A stretch of 64,000 bases of DNA from Fimbriosthenelais zetlandica (Eukaryota): contig OZ365113.1 in assembly GCA_977030845.1 (NCBI GenBank), positions 36,952,001 through 37,016,000 on the forward strand, written 5' to 3'. Position numbers and translations under genes: made by a program. Position 1 is the first letter of the stretch. Each line of letters starts with the position of its first letter. The notes under the pieces were generated by a model. It saw only the letters and a list, made by a program, of their open reading frames with translations, had not been told where the DNA came from and did no database searches. Shown here in pieces: positions 20,752-64,000 of this stretch.

Positions 20752-21318
20752 TTACCTTGCATTGGCGGCCATCTTGTCACGTTGTAACGGGTAACTGGGT
20801 AAATCTCACACCATTTCCTCGTTAGTTCTCCTTTTCCCCGGTGCTGGCGGTGGCGTACTGGTTGGTGTCTCAACAGTGTTACAGCTCTTCCATCGATGCC
20901 ATCTTGTCACGTTGTAACGGGTAACTGGGTAAATCTCACACCATTTTCTCGTTAGTTCCCCTTTTTCCCCGGTGCCGGCGGTGGCGTACTTGTCCGTGTT
21001 TCAACAGCTCTACCATCGGCATCGATGTTTCCTTACTTACTTAGCATTGGCGGCCATCTTGTCCCGTTGTAACTGGTAACCGGTTAAATCTCATACCATT
21101 TTCCCGTTAGTTCCCTTTTCCCCCGGTGTCGGCGGTGGCGTACTTGTTGGTGTCTCAACAGCAGCTGCTCTACCATCGATGTGCCCTTCCTGGCTTAGCC
21201 ATAGATGGCTTAGCATTGGCGGCCATCTTGTCACGTTGTAACTGGTAACTGGGTAAATCTCACACCATATTCCCGTTAGTTCCCCTTTTCCCCGGTGCCG
21301 GCGGTGGCGTACTTGTGG
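20752..21318. repeat. Four-copy tandem array of a ~130-170-bp GC-rich unit between the convergent ARL6 and MAGI 3' ends
   Basis: Core gccatcttgtcacgttgtaac...ccttttccccggtg.cggcggtggcgtact starts at 20768, 20898, 21053 and 21222. Confidence 0.9.
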
Positions 21319-21429
21319 CATAAGTCCAGCTTCTTAACTGTTAACTCAGCAATGATTGGCTCAAAAAATAAAGTTAATTAACGGTAAAAGAAACGACATG
21401 AAAGGTGAATATATAAGAAATAGGTAAAT

Positions 21430-21435
21430 TTTATT
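21430..21435 (-). terminator. Candidate poly(A) signal for MAGI (would imply a ~3.6-kb 3'UTR)
   Basis: AATAAA on the minus strand just before the tandem array; other sites are possible. Confidence 0.3.
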
Positions 21436-24400
21436 AGGATGGGTTATTCTTGCATGATACAGTCAGTATTGCAGCCACCACGGAACGGTGATCTGAGAAA
21501 ACAACAAAATGTTTATATAGAAAAAATGAGGTCGTCTTCAGACCACAGTTACAGCAGAGTTGGGTGAGGGATGATACTTTATACACAGCTCCATAATAAT
21601 GGCTATACTTCCCACCTTCCTTCTCTTAACACATACTTCAAATTTACAATCACAGGTCCAGGGTCAACCCTGATGATCTGCAAGTTAAAAAAGACCAAGC
21701 AAATAACACATATCCCTGTGTTCTTTCTAATTACAATATGAACAAATAGTTCCATTTTACCAACCCAAAACATTGCATTCTCAATATCGAGAAGCCAACG
21801 ATCCATCCATCAATTATTAATCATTTTTCTAAAAAAAGAAAGTTGATTTAATTATCCTAATGCTGGAGGCATTAGTGTAATTATAGATCTACATGGAGAG
21901 ATACACTGGTGACTGTGATATCAAAGTCAGCCATCAACAACGATGACATGTCTATAATGGTATCTGTAGTTAATGGCTATTCACAAAGAATGGGTTTCCC
22001 AGTGTTGTAGTGAACAAAAACAAGGTATAATCTATGTACAAAACGCGGCGGGAACAACCCACCTCACACATGCGACATTTTTTTGCCATTCACCGCAATA
22101 TAATCTGTATATTAAACAACGCTTATACAGCAACTCGTTCTCTTTCTGTAAAGTAACTACAGTAATACATGGCTAATAGTAACTAAACGACTAAATATTT
22201 ATTATATATGCACTGTGTACAATAATTACATAGAAATGTTGGTGTGTATTCTACAGCCTAGTCAACTGATATTAAAGAAAGACTGCGTCATGCAATCCAT
22301 TTATCTAAACAAAGCATATTCTACATATGATCAATACATGCGTTGTCTTCTTCTAAAGGGTCGGGTGGATTATTAAAAGGTAGCATTATATATAAACTAA
22401 ATAAATGCATATTTCTACTTAGATCTGTTTCTTTGCATACAAAATTAATAAGATTTTACAATTAAAGATCACCAGCACTTGCTGGGCTGGTCCAATCACA
22501 AGGCACACATGCGCACTACACCCACTTCCGATGTTTATAGCTTTTAACATCACAACGTTTTTGATGGGAGGGAACAAGTCATACACTAAGGTCCTCGTTT
22601 ATAGGCCTCTTGTAATAGATTAGGGACCCAGGGGGACACGCGTGACTATCAGTATAGAGTAATTATAATTAGAATGCTCATGGCATTTACACTGTAAGGT
22701 AACATGCTCGATCAGTCTCACAGAGGGATCTAGAATCTGTAGATTAAGTACAAATCAGTAGAATCAGGAACCATTCTATCTACTAGATTGATTGGAGCCC
22801 TTCCCATAATATGAACTCTGATATCGATTTGATGTTGGATTTTTACAAATATATGAATCACCAGGCTTCATTTTTGTCTGAGGTGAAAATCTAAATAACT
22901 TTAAGATGTTGAGTACTATTTACCAGTGCCTGATGGAGTGCTCATCAATCCATTCTATTGTAAGATTCAGCTGATGAGTGAGGTTGATATGTTACATGTA
23001 AGATGATGATAAAATTCCAGCCAGACAGGACCGTGGTCCCTTCTATAACATGATATTTGAGGGATCTTATTATTATAAATTCAGTTCTTAATTCTACTTC
23101 TATTATTATTAAATCTTGAGAGGTCATTTTCAGACCCATCCATATCATGATGTACATGTACATGAGATTTCTTAGATATATATGTATAACATCTAATGAA
23201 GGCAAGGTCTTATAATAGTGCAAAACAGATGCTATCATGATGGGTTTCTCTACTTAGTTCTTCGATACAAATGAGAATTCTAAACAATATACATATGTTT
23301 AGATACCTATACAGCGTAACGAATATATCCAATACTCATTCACTGCATTATGTCCCTCTTTTTTTCCATACATGACCATTTAGCACTTGAGAAGCTATTT
23401 AACCAATCTATTCACCGCCACAGACCACTCGACCACATCATGCTGACTAGAACGGTGCTACTACAACAAGGAGGGTTCTCACAATAGCTGCCTAACACTA
23501 TAAATGTGGTTCATTTGAAACAAAACAAAAATGTCTCAAAATTCAATCGAAAACTCAGTTGTTAATAGGTGTAACATACTAGAAGGTTTTCCAGATATAA
23601 ATACTTTTTCAATCACTCATATCTCATACAAACTCCGCATAAGTCTTGTTAAATGAATCTAAAGTGAACACAAAATGCTGTCCATGAACTAACTCAGGAA
23701 TATCATTTGTTTCATTACTCACAATACAATTTCTTATCACTCAGAAATAACATTACTTTACAATTTACATTACTTATAATTTTCCATGTAATTCCTAGGC
23801 ATTTCGAGTATAATTTGTAACTCAGTAATGGGCCTTTTTGTGCCATTGTATAATGGGAATGTAAAATGATTTTTGCTCACAAAAACCAACCCTAGATTGA
23901 TTCATAATCATTAATGTATAATTGATTTAAGCAGCCAAGTGGGGTACAATTCATTAAAGGGAAACCATTTTCAGAAAAGGAATCAAACTTATCCTGAAAT
24001 TGTTATGCCACAAACATACAAGCACTTCGTTTGAGGTAGGTTAGAACTCAGTTTCATTTCTAATAAATATATTTTTGATGTGAAAGTGACTAATTGGGCC
24101 TAAACAGGAGTACCAACAGACATATAGAGCCACATTTAAACGTTATCACTAGCCATAACAGAGAACTAGTATAGTACATAGTAAAAGGTCGGCGGTGTTG
24201 GTGACAGATACCCAGGCTCAATATCCAAGATCATCAACTATAACACTAAACGTCCTTGGTCTATCTCAAGCTGGGATGATCAGTAACAATGGTAAGAACT
24301 CTCGCTTGAAAGACTATTCCCCTCCATGGCAAACAATTAGATTAGGATTGTGACAACACTGTTCTATGTACACCGGTAATGTGAGAGAGTGAAATGTCTC

Positions 24401-25011
24401 TAGGCCCTATAGTTTAACACTGATGTGAGTATAGTATAGTAGTAGTATGGATAGTAGCAGTTACATTGGTAACAGCAGGCACTTAGCAGATAACGTCTCC
24501 ACAACCTCTCAGTACGTGTCACCAGCAGTCTCTACAGTCTGCAGAATATAACATATAGGAAAATTGATCCCTCTTCAGTTTTTTAAATATTCTTCTTTGA
24601 AAAATGATGCTGTCCCATACTCCGTGAAAGAATGTAACAAATATGTCTATATAGAACAGAAATATAGTCGTCCATCACTGATAATATTCTTGTAGATTGT
24701 AGATTAACAGGAGAGACTGCAGTGTTCGTTGATTCAGTCAACAAGGGAAGTTTTAAAACATTTAGTTCCTAGCGCACTCACATGGAATCGTCCCAGCAAC
24801 TGTATTTTGTATACACACCTCAATAGGTTTTAATGACATAAATGGCTCAACCAATGTTATATTGACTATATACAGAGATAATTCTCACATTATCGGATGT
24901 CATGTCTCGAGGAAATATATATATAATATATATTGCTTTGTGTAGGTCCATTTAGATGAGATAGGGAGGTAATCAAGTCAGCATGTTGATTCCTCCTGTG
25001 TGGGTATGTGT

Positions 25012-59747
<34,736 letters not shown>

Positions 59748-60761
59748 CTGCAAAAATGAAAATTTCACATGATTTTTGATCGTTTTTTAACACATTTGAA
59801 CAAATCAAATCAAATCCTTCTGAGCTATTATATACCCCTGATCCGGGCACTTCTGGGGCTATTCAGTGAACAAATAAACACTTCTATCACTTCCCCTTCT
59901 GACACAACACAAGGCAGTGATCGATCTGGTTCATATTGTGTTTCTGACATTAGAAGCTTATATAGGAGGAGAGTAGACTTTGTCACTGGCGTCATATTGA
60001 GCGGGTGGTGTGCTGGGGATTAGATCTATATAGGAGAAGGTCAATATCATAGACTCTAATGGCATGATCACACTAACAAGCATCTCCATATCTACCTTTA
60101 TATATCTACCATCTAGGCTATAGACATGTATTACCTATAGAATTTAGAATCATTTGGAGACATCATTTAATTATTTTAAACAAAAAACAAGCCTCCCTAC
60201 AATCTGTTTAAATAATTATCTATATGTAGTGTATCTCTCGAATTATAAATTTCGAAACAATTTTATTATTTTAGGCAATTTTAATTATTAACTATGTTTA
60301 TAATTTCAAGACCAATTTCCTGATTCAGTTATGATTTGATAGTTATTCAATTATTACAGTATCTGGAGAAACTATTCAACATATTTAACATGCCGATTTC
60401 TTTCAATTTGTTTTTCAAATATTCTTCCGTGTTCTTTCTTTGACTTCGGTACATTTCCTAACCTTAAAGAATAGTTTTCTTACAATTCCCTGACCAGACG
60501 GAACCCTGTCTGTCTGAACTGATAATAAATTAACATTGATGGTATTTCACACAGGGTCTACTTTTCACCTCTTCACCTAATCCCACCCTCCATCCATTCA
60601 CCTTTCACCCAATCAGTGTTGATGATCTCTCACCTCTGTCCCTCCCCCCACCCCCCCCCCCCCCACCCCCCACAAACTACAATCATTCACCAGGTGTATC
60701 TGATTACCATGGTAACTCACCTGTACACCTTCTCATGTAGCACTATCTCTGTAAACATGTA

Positions 60762-60910
60762 CCCCCCTCATAGCGGTACATAGATCCCACCTCAACCCCC
60801 CCCCCCCCCCCACCCCCCTCATAGCGGTACATAGATCCCCCCACCCCCCTCATAGCGGTACATAGATCCCCCCACCCCCCTCATAGCGGTACATAGATCC
60901 CCCCAACCCC
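60762..60910. repeat. C-rich ~30-bp minisatellite (ccccctcatagcggtacatagatccc) x4
   Basis: Four copies separated by C-runs. Confidence 0.9.
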
Positions 60911-60981
60911 CCTACACTCTATCATCCACCCAACTACAAAAGACCCCCAGTCAATTGTGACCAGTGTCATCTACTCCTTAA

Positions 60982-61168
60982 AGGCGGGACTCCACTGCTG
61001 CGACAGTGTTTGCGACATTACAGCGACAAAGGTGATGCAGGTGTTGCAATGAGAACAATACCAGTGGAGGACCACCTTAAGGTCGTAGACACTTCAAATA
61101 CAATTAGTTTTGTTGCGACACAAGCATCACCTTTGTCGCTATATTGTCGCAGCAGTGAAGTTCCACCT
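60982..61168. mobile_element. MITE family A-related, divergent copy
   Basis: Shares gggactccactgctgcga...gcgacaaaggtgatgc and gcatcacctttgtcgc...gcagcagtg; different core. Confidence 0.7.
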
Positions 61169-64000
61169 TTAAAAAACTTCAAAAAACTTTTCAAGACATG
61201 GTCTCCAGACCACATCAAACGCCGGCCAGTACACACAAGGACGTAGCCACATCAAAGACACCAATTTGCAGCCCAGACAAAAATCTTTCTTTAGGATAAA
61301 AAGGTCTATCTTGTGAGAGCCTTTATCAGCTGTGAGTCCAATAGGTGGCTATTGTATCGCGAGCCAATACAAGCTGTTAACATCACCTTGCCATTTAAAC
61401 GGCCACCTTTAGACAGGTCAAAAGTTCCTCCTGGTTCTGCTTGGCTACCCGGGTATACAAAGACATGGTGGGGCTAGCAGGTAAAGAGAAACAATTACTG
61501 ATGCTCAGATAGTGGATATCAAGTCATTACTAAATGCTCTATATACCATGGCCTACACGCAGACTATCTGGTTTAATGCATTCAGGGGTAAAAGGTATTA
61601 AAACCTTAGCACTAGTAGATAAGGAATAGCGATGGCCATTTAATGCGAAGGGTATAATTGAAATTTTATGTTATCACAAAGAAATCATTACAGGAATTGT
61701 TGTCCTGCAGTTAGACATATTTGTGGTCTGTTGAAATAGTATTGGAATGGAAGGACTTGTTCCTACACACCTGCTGGCCTCAAGAGTTCATTGAGACATT
61801 AAATATATCCACCGCTAACTAAGAGTGAGTCAGTGTCATTAATATTTATTCAGAAGGGCGGTGTCTCATTACTCATGTATTTATAAACCTTAATGTTTAT
61901 ATGTATGTGTGTACATGACCCACCAGTAGAGGGGAATGGGACGATCCTATAGGTTACCTATACATATACATAGATCCCAGGGGTTGGATTACCTCACAGC
62001 AAATGCTGCAAGCGAATTTATTGAGAAGCCCCTCTAAATATCCCTATGTTGATGTGCTTTTCTTGATTAAAAATATTCATATATTTAAAACTGACAACTC
62101 AATAAATGTTTGCTAAATCAAAATGCATAGATATACGAATGTTTCCTTTCAAGTAGAGATGTTTTTTCACTTTAGTCCATATTAAAACCATGTTGCAGCT
62201 ACCATTAAGCTAGAAGCTTCAAAGCAATATATTATGCAGAGTTCAGTCCCAAACGTAGAGGGCCATTGTACAAAATGTTAACCACTTCTGTCAAAAGGCA
62301 GGTCCCCCAAAGATTAATAGAGTCATGAATATTAACTCTAGAACCTTGTCGTTACTTCCTACCTTTATAGATCAACATCTTCCCATGGGAATATATCACA
62401 ACAATGACCTCGTCACATTATTCTCTCTGTACCGAATATCAAACAGAACTGTAGTGTCCTCTTAACATGAAATAGAGCCTAGATTTAACAGATCTATTGT
62501 CGTCTTTAGAATCGTATCACAGACAAATCATAAGGTACCTTGACTGATATTATTAAGTTGTAGAAATCATATGAACCATAATATTCTTTGCAGTTATATT
62601 GAACCGACGATTATAGGTTTGAAAATGCTCAATTTTCACATTTGAATTCTAAAGGACCTGTCTACAAATATCTAAAACAAAAAAAAGAAGTCTAAACTAG
62701 ATATTGGTATTGTGTGAAAACCGGCAACAAAATAAAACATTTCTGAAATCAATTATACAGTAGATATTTTGAAAGGCAAGATTGTTATTTTTAACGTTAT
62801 ATATTAGCATACATGTATATCAAATTATCTACGGAGTTATTTTGCTCTTTTTTCGAGGGTAGTGTTCTTGATCTCCTTCTATTTCCCCGTGTATCAAAGG
62901 TAAAAGGAAATATCTCTCCTCGTGTGATAAGGGTCCACAGTACAACACCATGAGGGATGTTGAAGAAGTCTCATGGAAAAAAATCCAGCATATGAAAGAA
63001 GATTGTATTATCACTATATAGATAATATTTCATATGAAGACAAGAAGAGAAGTAGAGTTATGGATGTATTGTTATCTAAGGACGGGAGTGATAAGAGAGA
63101 GAGGAGTGACAGGTAGCATGGGTGATATCAGGATCACACATTGACACAGCTACTGTAGGTTCAATGTGTGCAAATCAAATACGGAATTACTTCTCTTTCT
63201 CTCAACGCTAGAAATATGTTGATATTTTCTGAATTATTGACACTGAACTCTTCCCAGGATTAGTCAATACTAATATTGACAATATTTATCCTGTTTAATT
63301 GTCCATATTTTCAGATACTTTCTGTTTCATAAATAAATATTTAATAATATTATTTATTTAATTAAATAAATATATTATTAAATAAATATCTTTTAGCTTC
63401 CTTGAGGGCATGCCATATAGTCAGTTTTTGCTTAAAAATATCAAAGCAGAAACACAGGCCTTAATTATAGCTGGTTCCAAAGACTGCCAACAATAATAGG
63501 TAGTGAAAATAAAGATTAATATTTACACACAAACCTGTGTCAAGACTATCACTCCTTGAGTCCAATCCATTGTCAAATGTATTATGGTGAAATAGTAAAA
63601 CCTCTCTGGGTTTATCTGGGGGTTGGGTATGGGGGTACTCTAGGTGCCCCAGCTCACCTCCACCCCACCCTCTCCGTAAAGCCCTGTACATTCTAACTCA
63701 TCAACCTGTCAACTTGTAAAATCTGGACTTTTTTTATCAGTTATATATACAAAGGCCACTAGCGCCACCGTATGGTTATTGTTATCACTATAAATTAGTG
63801 ACAGATCGGATGTATGACAAGGGACATGCCTCATGATCACGCTTTTCGTACACTCAAGTGTTTTTTCCACCCCTTGGCTTAAAGATTGACCCAAGGTATC
63901 ACTTGTAAAGTCCTTGTTTCTAATAATGAAATGTATGTTAAAGAATTCAGCCAGTGGAACCAAGGAGTATAGAAAGAAACTCATTGGTGGAACCAACGAA

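Noticed and set aside
63461-63691. Possible upstream MAGI exon (WW1/GK linker)
   Set aside because: No WW1 or GK motifs and no convincing acceptor; upstream exons are assumed to lie outside the window.

Overview
Eukaryotic (invertebrate metazoan, possibly lophotrochozoan) genomic DNA with spliceosomal GT-AG introns; all exon models were read by eye and lack transcript support. Left to right: (1) 1-3500, a nested cluster of long inverted-repeat elements, two of which carry an inverted pair of tRNA-derived modules at their centre; (2) two tandem single-coding-exon GT31 beta-1,3-galactosyltransferase-like genes (- strand); (3) APEX2 (+, 6 exons); (4) a BTB + ten C2H2 zinc-finger gene (-, 8 coding exons); (5) an ARL6/BBS3 gene with an intronless CDS (+); (6) the 3' part of a large MAGI gene (-, WW2 to PDZ5, about 18 exons in the window, 5' exons outside). 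MAGI introns hold many ~200-bp PIF/Harbinger-like MITEs. The most unusual feature is a 45-bp tandem array in the zinc-finger gene that copies an exon-intron junction, creating 25 identical in-frame 5' splice sites with no stop codon. This could act as a splice-selectable linker-length ladder between zinc fingers 8 and 9.
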